In this document: one piece after another, positions 26,495 to 39,200 of the stretch
Layout: each line of letters starts with the position of its first letter
Numbering within the stretch: position 1 is the first letter of the stretch
Source of the DNA: Hormiphora californensis
Lineage: Eukaryota > Animalia > Ctenophora
Length of the DNA stretch: 64,000 nucleotides
Assembly (NCBI GenBank): GCA_020137815.1
Contig: CM035357.1
Coordinates: forward strand, 7,750,001-7,814,000
Direction: 5' to 3'
Notes under the pieces: model-generated
Database searches by the model: none
Seen by the model: the letters and a program-made list of their open reading frames with translations, nothing else
Told to the model about the DNA's origin: nothing
Translations under genes and position numbers: made by a program

Positions 26495-27900
26495 GGGCAG
26501 TTAACAGAGTGCAACTCTGTAGAAAGAGCGGAGAGAGAGAGAAGGGGAGAGAGAGGTGTACAGAAAGAATGTACATTACACACGTTACTATGTAACAAAG
26601 AGGGGAGTTTGGAGAGATCAAAACAGGGCAGTTGACTGAGTGCAACTCTGTAGAAAGAGCGGAGAGAGAGAGAAGGGGAGAGAGAGGTGTACAGAAAGAA
26701 TGTACATTACACACGTTACTATGTAACAAAGAGGGGAGCTTCGAGAGATCAAAACAGGGCAGTTGACTGAGGCTATAAGCATACTGATCGTGATGATCAT
26801 AATCAGGTCAGTGTGCGGACGTTTTGATGGTCACCATCAAAGGAGCGCACATACTGATGGTTATCATCATGATGGAGGCTTGATGCATCATGATGTTCTC
26901 AAACCATAGTGTGTTCACGTTTGATCATCATGAACCATAGTGTGCTCACGTTTGATCATCATAAACCATGCTCAACTTGCTGGAACTTGCCTTTTGATCA
27001 TGATCATCATGACCAGTGTGCTCAGCATGATGATGCTATCTCCCGGGAGCTCCCCCTTGCCTAGTCGCGCGCTCTGAGAGGCTGTTGCATATCACGTGAC
27101 CTGTACAACAGCCTCTCGCGCGCGCGAAGTCGTACCACGTGGTACATATCACATGACTACAGTGCAGCCCTCCACAAGAATAAGATCAAAACCTGCGCAC
27201 ACTAGGTGTTGATGATCATCATCCAACTTAAGAGACGGCTCCAGGGCCAGCTCTTACGTGATGATCATAATGTTCCGCACACTGTAGTTTTTTGCAGATG
27301 ATGATGATCAAAACCATGAGCACACTTCATCTTTTTAACTGATTATGATCATCACGATCAGTATGCTTATAGCCTGAGTGCAACTCTGTAGAAAGAGCGG
27401 AGAGAGAGAGAGAAGGGGAGAGAGAGGTGTACAGAAAGAATGTACATTACACACGTTACTATGTAACAAAGAGGGGAGCTTGGAGAGATCAAAACAGGGC
27501 AGTTGACTGAGTGCAACTCTGTAGAAAGGGGAGAGAGAGGTGTACAGAAAGAATGTACATTACACACGTTACTATGTAACAAAGAGGGGAGTTTGGAGAG
27601 ATCAAAATAGGGCAGTTAACAGAGTGCAACTCTGTAGAAAGAGCGGGGAGAGAGAAGGTGAGAGGGAGGTGTACAGAAAGAATGCACATTACACACGTTA
27701 CTATGTAACAAAGAGGGGGGCTTGGAGAGATCAAAACAGGGCAGTTGACTGAGTGCAACTCTGTAGAAAGGGGAGAGAGAGAGGTGTACAGAAAGAATGC
27801 ACATTACACACGTTACTATGTAACAAAGAGGGGAGTTTGGAGAGATCAAAACAGGGCAGTTGACAGATTGCAACTCTGTAGAAAGAGCGGAGAGAGGAAC
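26495..27900. repeat. ~120-131 bp tandem repeat (~6 units) split by a MITE
   Basis: Repeated GAGTGCAACTCTGTAGAAAG...GAGATCAAAACAGGGCAGTT units. Confidence 0.9.
26771..27374. mobile_element. PIF/Harbinger-like MITE
   Basis: Perfect 36-bp TIR GGCTATAAGCATACTGATCGTGATGATCATAATCAG; 3-bp TSD TGA (26768-26770, 27375-27377), confirmed by neighbouring uninterrupted repeat units. Confidence 0.85.
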
Positions 27901-28473
27901 AGAAAAGCGGACAAAAAACACGTCGCAGCAAGTGAAGAGTTGCACAAAGAGAAATAGAAGGAGGATGTAATGAGAGGGAGGGAGAGAGAGATACACTTTG
28001 GTTGCGGTCTTGCTGACCGGGTTAGCTAACAAATCAGAAGTAAAAACAAGGAACAAACTGAACAAATGCAACAGAGCTGAAAGTGAGAAAAGGCGGGAGA
28101 ACGGGACTGCAACTGTAGCTACTGGGGGTGCCAGACAAAACTTTGTTAAACTATGTATGGCGGCGCCACACCCCCATTCGATTCTCAAGTTGATTCTCGA
28201 CACTTCAGTGTTGTACCACTTTGCAGGTTCACTCTGTGACCGATCGTGGTGTGCGTTTATTATCTGAGACCCCGGTGTCGGATTGCTGTTTCTCGTGAAC
28301 AAAGTTTTATATCAGACAAAGACAGTGGTTTCTGAAGAAGAATCAAACACATAACAAGCAATCGCACATCTCCATTTTGAATTATTAAACACTGGCTTCG
28401 CGAGTCTCTGTGACAAGAAACCCATATCAAAAACCCTCACTTGAGGTTTGTGTTTCTAAAGTGGCCGTTACAA

Positions 28474-28516
28474 AGTTTCAAACTTTTCAACACTACTTTA
28501 AACAAATTAATTTGAG
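28474..28516 (+). other. Near-complete spliced-leader exon (43 nt)
   Basis: AGTTTCAAACTTTTCAACACTACTTTAAACAAATTAATTTGAG matches the ctenophore SL as recalled from memory. Followed by GAAG, not GT. Confidence 0.85.
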
Positions 28517-28569
28517 GAAGATGAATCCGATGTAACAGCCCCAAAGGGCAGAAAAACGAAACGTTGATA

Positions 28570-29535
28570 ATGTCAGAAACGAAGTACGAGGGCGATAACC
28601 CTGCGATAAAACGATTGGAAGAGACAGTAAACGACTTTGTTTCTGAAGTTTACTGGTTGAACTCTGCTGATGATCCCAACACGACAAGTATCACATCGGA
28701 TCAGTTTATTCAATGTTATAAATCGATCCAAGCTGCACCCGACTCAATGTTAACCAACGACAGTGTAGCTTCCCCTTGCAATCACTGGGGTTCGTACTTC
28801 AGTCACTGTCTCAAGGACTTAACTGTGAATGAAATTATTGAGGCTACTTCGCGTATTTTTCTCTCCAGTATGAAACTTGCCAGAGCAACAATGAACAATT
28901 TTGAAAATGTTATCAGCGCAGAAAAACTCGAGAAGCAACTACGTGAATGCAAAGAAGAACTTGATCGCCACCGTCTTAGCGTGATTGAGCTTCAGCAAAC
29001 GGTTATTGAAGCCCAAAAGCAACAACTAAGTGCAGTGTCAACTTCGGTGAAGAAGGTGAAAGCCTACTCTTCTGTGCTTGCACAGAATTGTGCTGCAACC
29101 TCCCCTAAAGTGGTAAAACCACTAACGTCGAACCACCCTACTCCCGTCCAACAGCCCGGAAGAGAGAAGAACCTGATTGTGTTTGGTCTCCAAGAAACAA
29201 CCGATAGAGTAGCTAAAACTACTTTAGACGAACTTTTTGAGGAACTGCAAGAGAAACCGAAAGTGACAACGATAAAACGCATCGGGGAAAGAAATGAGAA
29301 ACGTCCTAGACCGCTCTTAGTATCCCTGGAGAGGAGAGCGACTCTCCTGGCGCTTCTCAAAAAAGCACGAAACCTCAAAGACTCTAAACAGTTTTCGGCT
29401 GTTTATCTATCTCCGGATCTAACGCCCTCTGAACTGAAGGAGCAAAAAGCTCTCAGGTCCACTTTGAAACGGATACGACTAGAAGATCCAGACGGCTGCT
29501 ATTTTATCCGTAACAATGTTATCCAAGTGGGATAG
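28570..29535 (+). CDS. LINE ORF1p-like protein (coiled coil + RRM/CTD-like)
   Basis: Heptad region, then REKNLIVFGLQE, RIG..PRPLLVSL, LK..VYLSPDLT..E, typical of CR1/L2-group ORF1p. Confidence 0.8.
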   Translation: MSETKYEGDNPAIKRLEETVNDFVSEVYWLNSADDPNTTSITSDQFIQCYKSIQAAPDSMLTNDSVASPCNHWGSYFSHCLKDLTVNEIIEATSRIFLSSMKLARATMNNFENVISAEKLEKQLRECKEELDRHRLSVIELQQTVIEAQKQQLSAVSTSVKKVKAYSSVLAQNCAATSPKVVKPLTSNHPTPVQQPGREKNLIVFGLQETTDRVAKTTLDELFEELQEKPKVTTIKRIGERNEKRPRPLLVSLERRATLLALLKKARNLKDSKQFSAVYLSPDLTPSELKEQKALRSTLKRIRLEDPDGCYFIRNNVIQVG

Positions 29536-30062
29536 TTCCCGACTAATTCACCGTTATCAGAGAACCGTGCTAGGAGCAGGCAGTCTGCTGCAGTCCCTTT
29601 CAAATGAAGGAAAACGAGTTGTCTGTAATTAAAACTGTGTCAGTGCGGGATATAAACTGCCATTTTTATTATTTATTATTATTATTAATTCAAAAAAGTT
29701 TGTCGCGAAAACTTTTTTCAAAAAAACTTGCGAAAAGTTGCCCGGCGAAATTTTTGAAATTTTGAAAACGCGATATTTTGAGGAAAACGCGCCGCGGCGT
29801 TGCAAAATACGCCTGATTTTTAGCGCGGCTCACTATTTGCGCGTGAAACCACGATCCCACCAGATCACTCACGCAGCGTGATAAATTGTGACACCAGACC
29901 CTAATCTGAGCGCGCGACAGTGCGCTCAGATGGGTCGCGGCGCCAGACAGATACCCTAAAAGACACGAATATAAGAAAAAAAAGCGTTGCTACAAGGGTT
30001 CTGGAGGTTGAGCAGGCCTTGTTTTGACCTTTGGTGTTCTCAGTCACGGGTGCTATGGGGAA

Positions 30063-31219
30063 TAGTGAACCATAATAAAGAGCCTCCAAGAGCGGACCAG
30101 ATCCAAGAGCGCACCAGAACCAGGAGAGCTTCCCATTCAGTAGAGACCGTGCGCAAGGGGCGCCGTTACGATCTGGGTGTTTGGAGGCCTGTTTACAGGT
30201 GCGCGCTGCCAAAAAAGTTGATTCATTAAAATGGCTCTAACCGCCAAACCACTCAACCGTTTTGGCTGATTCAAAGTTTATCTGGTAGGGAATGTCAAGG
30301 CCTAACCCCAACCCAAACCCCAGCCCTAACCCTAACCCCCAGGGACGGCGCTCGTGGGTGTCCGGGTGTCCGCGGACACCCAGACCAAAAAGACGGAGAA
30401 AGAAAAGAAGAAAAAATGGAAAAAAACAAAAAGAATTTGAAAAAAATCGGTGAAAACTGCGAAATTTTGGATTTGCGCGCAGCCAGGTGTCCGGAGCTCT
30501 GCCGGACACCCAGGTGCACTGCGCGCACCTGTAACGCACGGCAGAGCATAAAGAGGGTTCTTCCGCGCGCCACAGTTCATTTTGACGTGACCAGGGTGTC
30601 CGGTTCACCCAGAAAATTGTGCGCGCGCAGATGAGTTTTTTTCTTGTGATCAGAAAACTTTCATCTTTTTTTCCATTTTTCACAAAAGGAGTTCAGAAAT
30701 GCTTAAAATCGTTTAAAAACGCCTCAAAATGTCCGAAATTTTCGGGGGGCTTCGCCCCCTCAACCCCCGCCGGGGCTGCGCCCCTGGACCCTGCTTGTGG
30801 GGGCTCTGCCCCCTACACCCCCGCCGGGGCTGCGCCCCTGGACCCTGCTTGTGGGGGGTTTCACCCCCCACACCCCCTGACCGAGGCTACCGCCCCTGGC
30901 CCCGGACACCCAGGGACTTGCTGGGCCGAAGGCCCAGCGCCGTCCCTGCTAACCCCACTTTAGCCCTAACCCTAAAAAACCGTTTGTCAGCACTCCCAAA
31001 ACACCCAGATTTTAACGCTGGCCGTGCGCAAGGAATTCCACACGCAGAAGAGGTCGCACGCACAAATACAACGCCGCGGACATCTTCTGCGCATGGTATC
31101 CCCTGCGTGTGGTATCTTCTGGATGGGGAGCTCTCATGGATTTGGTGCGCTCTTGATGGTGGTCTCTTCTGGGCGTGGTTCGCTCTTGGAGGCTCTTGAA
31201 CTTTATTATGGTTCGCTAT
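30063..31219. mobile_element. TA-flanked MITE inside a CRE relic (second copy at 12208-13314)
   Basis: Termini TAGTGAACCATAATAAAG..GAGCCTCCAAGAGC and the inverted GCTCTTGGAGGCTC..CTTTATTATGGTTCGCTA. Confidence 0.65.
30158..31023. mobile_element. MULE-like MITE with TAACCC repeats
   Basis: 9-bp TSD GTGCGCAAG (30149-30157, 31024-31032); imperfect GG..CC TIRs; empty site at ~13117. Confidence 0.8.
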
Positions 31220-31811
31220 GAGGCTGAAATGTTTTATCGACACCTCGTTCACCGCCTATCCAAGAAAACCTACAAGACCTACGTCCTACCCCCAGACCTC
31301 ACACCATGAGATATATCCGGCAACAAATAACTGCCCTTTTGAAAAGATCAAGCGTGTAGTAACTTGACGAATAAACTTATTACGGGAAAATTAATGATAC
31401 CATTTACCAGTCTCTCCATCTTCCCCTTCGCTCGAGCCTCTGAAACCCAGTCCATGATACAATGATTGTTTAAGGTTGGATTGTTCATCCACTGATTGAT
31501 TGCCACGAATATGGTCAACAACTAAGAGCTCTAAGATGCAGGCCACAGTAAAACTATAGTTTGTAACTTTGTGGTACATAGTTCTGTTATCGTGAGACAG
31601 TAGTTTGCTAAACAGGCACTAAGCTGTGTTTTTGTTTGCACTGCTTGGCATACACCATTGTACACACACACACACACACAGTGTGTTACACTCGACATAG
31701 TGTGTGATAACAGCCCTAACAGTGTGTACACACAGCCGTTAGAGGATATATCAACCCTTGCATGTCCCCCCACAGCAGTTGCTAATATAACAATGCTGTT
31801 CAATAGGCAGT

Positions 31812-32441
31812 ATGACAATCCTGCCCAAGATCCTACTAGATAAGGAGCAGGAGGAGAAGCCTGGACCGAGTTCTAGTGATGGTAACACCGGCCGATATGC
31901 ACCTCCCTCCCCTCCCTCCCCTGGATCCTGGAGTGGTTCCTCCAGTTCCTCTCAAGCGAGACAAGCCTTATTTATCAGGTAGCGAGGGGCTTACACAATG
32001 TACTGGCATTACGTCATTTCTGAATGAGTTGTTTAACATGTGACATGTTTCCTAATCACCTAATCACCTGCTAATTAACCACCCCCTCTCTCACAGAGTC
32101 TTGGGAAGTAGAGAGAAGGGACGGGGGAAGGAGAAGGAGGCGGGTTCAGGTTGCTAGAGCTGCTCCAAGGAGTCCAGTTGATAACAACAGAGAGAGGAAA
32201 AATAGTGATGATGAATACGATGCTGCTTCTGCTTATGATTATCATGTTAGTAATTAGTAGCACAATTAGTGGTAATTAGTTGTGATTGTTCATTTGTTTA
32301 AGATTCATTATTAGATAGCCCGCCACTGTTTGTGAGCGCTTGTATTACGTCGTACAATTGCTGTGTGTGTAATGTGTTTGTACAAAAGAGCGTGTGTATA
32401 ATTGTCTTCATTGTTGATGCTAAATTTGTATCCATATTGGC

Positions 32442-32498
<57 letters not shown>

Positions 32499-32528
32499 GT
32501 ACACACACACACACACACTCTCTCTCTC

Positions 32529-32582
<54 letters not shown>

Positions 32583-35500
32583 TTTTTCCTTCTCTTCCTC
32601 TCTTCCTCTTTATGTTTCATGAGGTATGAATAGACAATGTATGTAGACTGTACATTATAGAGACGTCAGGAAGGGAAGGTGACTGGGACAGGGACCAATT
32701 CTAACCCATCAACTCTCCCAGAAAGAGAAGAATTACGAGAAGAGGATGAAGGAGAAGAAGGGGTTTGTGATAAGGAGAATGGTAGAGGATGGTGCCTGTC
32801 TTTTTAGAGCAGTAGGTAATGTGCAACTCTACACTTCACGTGTACTTCAAGTAGTATTTACCCTGTCATCTTTTTACGGAGTTATTTACTTGCAAATTTG
32901 TCAACTGTAGGCTAGACCCCCTCCCCGCCCTCCCTGTACTGATATTAATATATTTTTTACCAAATACCAATCCATATTAGGTATTTTTATTCTTTATAGT
33001 TAGGCCGTTAAATTATTGTCATGTCAAAAACGTCTAGAATTTCTAGAATCGTTAGTTATTGAATAGCTAAACACTTTAGTGGCTACTCAGTACTCAGTAG
33101 CCAGTAGTCCCCAGTTAATAACTGTGTGTATTTTCAGCCGACCAGATATATGGGGACCAAGAGATGCATGGAACAGTTAGAACTAAATGCATGGATTACA
33201 TGGTATGTACAATTGAATCTGTGAAATAACCTTGATTTGTTAATTGTTAACCCTTACCTACCCTCCCTCCCCTAACTCCCCTCCCTCCCTCCGGCCTCCA
33301 CCCAACCTCTCCCTCACCCTCCCTCCCTCCCTCTCAGTTGAAGAACAGAGACTACTTCAGCCAGTTTGTAACAGAAGACTATATCACCTACATCAACAGA
33401 AAGAGGCAGGACGCGTGTTATGGTAACCAGCTGGAGATGCAGGCTATGAGTGAAATGTTTGGGAGACCTTTAGAGGTCTACATCTACTCGCTAGGTAGGT
33501 CTTCAACTGCTTGTATTATGTTTTTAAAGAGAAAGACAACTGCTTCTATCTCTGTCTCAAGCAGTCAAGAATTATAGTGGCTGTATAAGTGTAGGATAGA
33601 CTATAAACTCCCTTTTCTAGGGTGTGCCTGTATCTATTTTCTACGTCAAATGTTTTCTCACTGTTCAGTTTAGCTTCCATTTCTCCCATTCTCTCTCCCA
33701 TTTGCTCTCTCTCTCCCTTTTCTCTCCCTTTTCTCTTCTCCCGCTACGCACATACTATGATCTCATTTTGTACTGTGTGCGTGTACAGTTAATTACAGTG
33801 TGTGGTTGTGTGTGTGGTAGTTTGTAGTGTAATGCCCATACACTATTCCTCGTTTCCTCCTATTTCTACTTTACTAACCCCTCCCTCTCTACAGATCCAA
33901 TGAAGACACTAAAATGTGATGTCAAGACGGACTCTCCCCCCATCCGATTATCATACCATAGAAGCTGTCACTATAACAGTGTTAGAGACCCCTACGAAGC
34001 AAGTGTGGGAGTTGGACTTGGCCTACCTGGATTTAAACCCGGGGTTAGTACAACACACTTTTTAATTTACTACCACTACTGCAAATAATAGGTTGCTGTT
34101 ATACCCCTAATCAATAGTGTCCCATAGTACCCTCCCATCCAGGCCCAATTCCTCTCCCCCTGATTACCACATCTCCCTGTTTCAGTTAGCAGATCAACAA
34201 CAGATGCAGCAGGGCCTCTCACAATCTGAAACTGACTACATAGAGAGAATTATGATGCAAGACAAATTAGCATGTTCAGATCTAGAGGCTACAGGGGATG
34301 CTCTCACTGCTGCTATAACTAGAGAGAGTTACATGGAGTGGGTTAAAGCTAACCAACATCCTTCTAGTTCTTCAGCAGGCACTAGCGATGAGGTACGAGA
34401 AAGTTCTAATGAGAAATATACGAGAAATATTCACAGTAAAATAGTATTAGGTTTCCTCTAATATTGTTACTATTTCTGTCAGGTGCCTGGATCGAGCCGT
34501 TCTAGTTGTCCAACTCCACCTCACAGCTCCAGATCGATGCCTCCTGAACCAGCAGCCTCATCCAGTACTGCCTCATCTTCCCAGCAACTACCATCCTACG
34601 AGACAGGTGGGTTGACGGCCATGTTTGGCCCTCCGCCAGTCACACAGTTTCAAGATGGGGGATTTGAGCTTGCGCGCGCCGTCTTTAGCAGTTAGCAAAG
34701 TAGACTGTCGCTAGCACTTCATTTAGCGCCGCGCGACCCGTGTGTAAACATATCCACCTGAAAATACAAGGTGGGCCACGGATTGTTGGTCATGGTTAGC
34801 GAGGTGGTCCGTCAAAACGGTGATAGTTATGAGAATAAAAATTATGGGAGCACTCTGGATCAATTCCTTGGTAACTTTTTCTGTAATTTTTTGTCAAAAA
34901 TTCAAAAATTCATTTTTCATTCCTTCATTCATTTCTCGTTCATTCATGATGTGAGCATCTTAATTTTCCATCATTATGCTCTTTGTCTTTGGCTTGAATT
35001 TATCTTTCCAATGAGCACCATAAAAATGAAATTGAAGCACCGGGTCACGCAGCAGTTGAGAAAATGTTCATGCATGATTTTGGCTCTTTTTGCGACATTC
35101 AATGAGCTGTATCACGGGGACCTTTCGTTCAATCTTCTTAGAAATTTGGGAAAACATTGGATAAGCAAAGATCTTTGCTCACAAGAAAAATCAAGGTCAA
35201 AGGTCAAAGTTCATTTTTCATTTCTGTTAGTTCATTCCGTTCATTCAGGAACCAACATCCCTAAAGTGATGAAAAGGTTTGGGTTTTGTTTGGCCCATGT
35301 CCTGCAATGCCAGGGAGGTGTAATAGCGTGTTTCCGGGCTAGATTGTGGGTGTCCATGTGATCATGATGATATCTGACACCTTTTCTGAGCCAAAATTAA
35401 GGGATTTTCTCAAATTCAAGCATGTAACTTGGTTTTTCTGTGATTAGTACCGTGCAACAATGTTATGAGATCTCATAACACCCCAAAAATGATGATTAGC

Positions 35501-35829
35501 TCGATGAAATGAGGTGATTTACGATTGAAGTTGTTCGTTTCGCTCAATTTGACATCGCTTTTAATCTTTTTAATCATAAATCAACTTATTTCATTGAGAT
35601 AATCTTCTTTTTTGAGGTGTTATAAGATCTCATAACATAGCTGCACGATGTACAAACAAATGTACAACTATTATGTATAAAAACACACACACACACACAC
35701 ACATTTTAATTCATTGAACTTGTTTCAGGTAAAGATGAAGAGTATGATGAAGAAAAGATGTTGGAGGCTGCCATAGCACTCAGCAGAGCGGAGTATATCA
35801 ACAAGCTTAATAAGGAGCCCCCTTCTTGA
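31812..35829 (+). CDS. OTUD5: OTU domain deubiquitinase 5 (DUBA)
   Basis: Exons encode [76 protein letters not shown] and a C-terminal UIM ([12 protein letters not shown]). Stop at 35827-35829. Confidence 0.93.
32444..32580. repeat. (CT)n/(CA)n microsatellite
   Basis: Directly visible. Confidence 0.95.
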
Positions 35830-36059
35830 TTGAAAAGACAATTAAAATCTAAATATGAAACTGTTTAATGAAGTGGGAGAGAGGCGTGTGGAAAGAAGAG
35901 AGGATTGAAAGTTGAGAGAGAGTAGAGAGAGTGAGGGTGGGATAGTGATTGTATAATAGAGAGGATGTGTCTTAAATATGTCCCGTTATTACCATTCTAC
36001 TGTTCTGATTTTACATGAAATTGTTTGTTCTAGTTTGTGCTTCTAGACTACAGGAACTG

Positions 36060-36177
<118 letters not shown>

Positions 36178-36263
36178 ACTCAGTTCCTGCAGTCTAAATA
36201 AATGTCCACGACAATTGGCTACAACAAGGGAAAATAATTCAAATCAACAACACAAATCTCCCA

Positions 36264-39200
36264 CTATCTCATGCTACCACTACCGCTCATGGCCATTCCT
36301 CCCCCGGATGCAGACATTCCCCCTGACATAGCCATTCCACCTCCGCTCATACCTCCTCCTGACATAGCCATTCCACCTCCGCTCATACCTCCCCCTGACT
36401 TAGACATACCTCCCCCTGACATAGCCATACCTCCTCCACTCATACCTCCTCCCGACATTGCCATGCCAGATCCCCCGCTCACACCCAGCATACTCACACC
36501 TCCACTCACACTGCTTACAATTCCAAGAGTTTTAGCTTTGGCAGTCACTACACTAGCTATGCTAATCCCCAAAACACTGTCTATACGATTCGCTAGGCCG
36601 ACCAGGAAGTCCGCGTCTTCGTCAATTACAAGCTTCTTTGTTAGTTTGAACTTGAATAGTACCTTCTTGGTCCATTGTTCCAGTTTTACTAATGTCGTAT
36701 CTGTGTGAGAGAGGGGAAGTTGGGTGAGAGCTTTTGTTGGCAACAGAGACAATCAATTTATTTTAGAGACCAACTTGAAGAAAGTATACCCGGGTATGTT
36801 TACCAAAAGTAATAATCTCACCTGAAAACGAGGCCCGAGCTCTGATAGCGGCCCCTAATTCTGCAGTCAGCTCAGTAGATAGATCAATGGCGAGTTTTGT
36901 AGTTAGTTTGGTTATAAGAGAGGACACTTCCTGATCTTTCAATACTAAACCACCTGAAGGGGGGGATGAATGACTGTCTCTACCAGCTATTAGTTGACAA
37001 AGGAAGGGAACGATAATTTCTAACCAGCCGATTTCAAGTCTTACCTTTACCCTCGATATCAGCTTGTAATTTCAGGAACATTCCTCTGATATGTTTAGCT
37101 CTGAAAGCTGCTGTTGTTCCAATAAATTCACCACTTGATAACGTGCTCTTTAGTGAAATAACCAACTCCTCCTGAAGTACATTGTCAGCTGTTATATCTC
37201 GTGTCCGCTATCAGACTGTCAGAGCATTAGCCTGACCCACTCTCGTTTCTCTCAAATTAGGTGGTTCAAAATGGACAGTTTCTTAGAGATAAGGAGGTTC
37301 AAAGTGGGTAAGTTTCATAGAGATAAGGAGGGTCAAAATGGGAAAGTTTCTTAGAGATAAGGAGGGTCAAAGTGAGAAAGTTTCTTAGAGATAAGGAGGG
37401 TCAAAATGGGAAAGTTTCTTAGAGATAAGGAGGGTCAAAGTGAGAAAGTTTCTTAGAGATAAAGAGGTTCAAAGTGGGAAAGTTTCATAGAGATAAGGAG
37501 GGTCAAAGTGGGAAAGTTTCTTAGAGTTAAGGAGGGTCAAAGTGGGAAAGTTTCTTAGAGATAAGGAGGGTCAAAGTGGGAAAGTTTCTTAGAGATAAGG
37601 AGGGTCAAAGTGGGAAAGTTTCTAAGAGATAAGGAGGATCAAAATGGGAAAGTTTCTTAGAGATAAGGAGGGTCAAAGTGGGAAAGTTTCTTAGAGATAA
37701 GGAAGGTCAAAGTGGGAAATTTTCTTAGAGATAAGGAAGGTCAAAGTGGGAAAGTTCAAAGTTTCTTAGAGATCAAGAGGGTCAAAGTGGGAAAGTTTCT
37801 TAGAGATAAGGAGGGTCAAAGTGGGAAAGTTTCTTAGAGATAAGGAGGTTCAAAGTGGGAAAGTTTCTTAGAGATAAGGAGGGTCAAAGTGGGAAAGTTT
37901 CTTAGAGATAAGGAGGTTCAAAGTGGAAAAGTTTCTTAGAGATAAGGAGGGTCAAAGTGGGAAAGTTTCTTAGAGATAAGGAGGGTCAAAGTAAGAAAAT
38001 TTCCCACTTTGATATGATGTGGTGGGAAAGTTTCTTAGAGATAAGGAGGGGCAAAGTGGGAAAGTTTCTTAGAGATATGGAGGGTCAAAGTGGGAAAGTT
38101 TCTTAGAGATAATGAGGGTCAAAGTGGGAAAGTTTCTTAGAGATAATGAGGGTCAAAGTGGGAAAGTTTCTTAGAGATAAGGAGGGTGAAAGTGGGAAAG
38201 TTTCTTAGAGATAAGGAGGGTCAAACCGGGAAAGTTTCTTAGAGATAAGGAGGGTCAAAGTGGGAAAGTTTCTTAGAGATAAGGAGGGTCAAAGTGGGAA
38301 AGTTTCTAATAGATAAGGAGGTTCAAAGTGGGAAAGTTTCTTATAGAGATAAGGAGGGTCAAAGTGGGAAAGTTTCTTAGAGATAAGGAGGGTCAAAGTG
38401 GGAAAGTTTCTTAGAGATAAGGAGGGTCAAAGTGGGAAAGTTTCTTAGTTATAAGGAGGGTCAAAGTGGGAAATTTTCTTAGAGATAAGGAGGGTCAAAG
38501 TGGTAAAGTTTCTTAGAGATAAGGAGGTTCAAAGTGGGAAAGTTTCTTAGAGATAAGGAGGGTCAAAGTGCGAAAGTTTCTTAGAGATAAGGAGGTTCAA
38601 AGTGGGAAAGTTTCTTAGAGATAAGGAGGGTCAAAGTGGGAAAGTTTCTTAGAGATAAGGAGGGTCTAAGTAGGAAAATTTCCCACTTTGATATGATGTG
38701 GTGGGAAAGTTTCCTAGAGATATAGAGGGTCAAAGTGGGAAAGTTTCTTAGAGATAAGGAGGGTCAAAGTGGGAAAGTTTCTTAGAGATAATGAGGGTCA
38801 AAGTGGGAAAGTTTCTTAGAGATAATGAGGGTCAAAGTGGGAAAGTTTCTTAGAGATAAGGAGGGTGAAAGTGGGAAAGTTTTTTAGAGATAAGGAGGGT
38901 CAAACCGAGAAAGTTTCTTAGAGATAAGGAGGGTCAAAGTGGGAAAGTTTCTTAGAGATAAGGAGGGTCAAAGTGGGAAAGTTTCTTAGAGATAAGGAGG
39001 GTCAAACCGAGAAAGTTTCTTAGAGATAAGGAGGGTCAAAGTGGGAAAGTTTCTTAGAGATAAGGAGGGTTAAAGTGGGAAAGTTCAAAGTTCCTTAGAA
39101 ATAAATAGGGTCAAAGTGGGAAAATTTCTTAGAGATAAGGAGGGTCAAAGTGGGAAAGTTTCTTAGAGATAAGGAGGTTCAAAGTGGGAAAGTTTCTTAG

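Larger units (their letters stand above)
28474..29688 (+). mobile_element. Full-length ORF1-only (HAL1-like) non-autonomous retroelement headed by a spliced-leader exon
   Basis: SL 28474-28516, short 5'UTR, one ORF, ~125 nt 3'UTR, (TAT)n tail; no RT. Confidence 0.85.

Noticed and set aside
28474-28620. Authentic SL RNA gene
   Set aside because: No GT donor after the exon at any of the three copies, the downstream sequences are unrelated, and there is no tandem array.
34771-35361. 196-aa ORF in an OTUD5 intron
   Set aside because: No recognisable motifs; it lies in AT-rich, probably TE-derived sequence with an inverted repeat at ~35451-35646.
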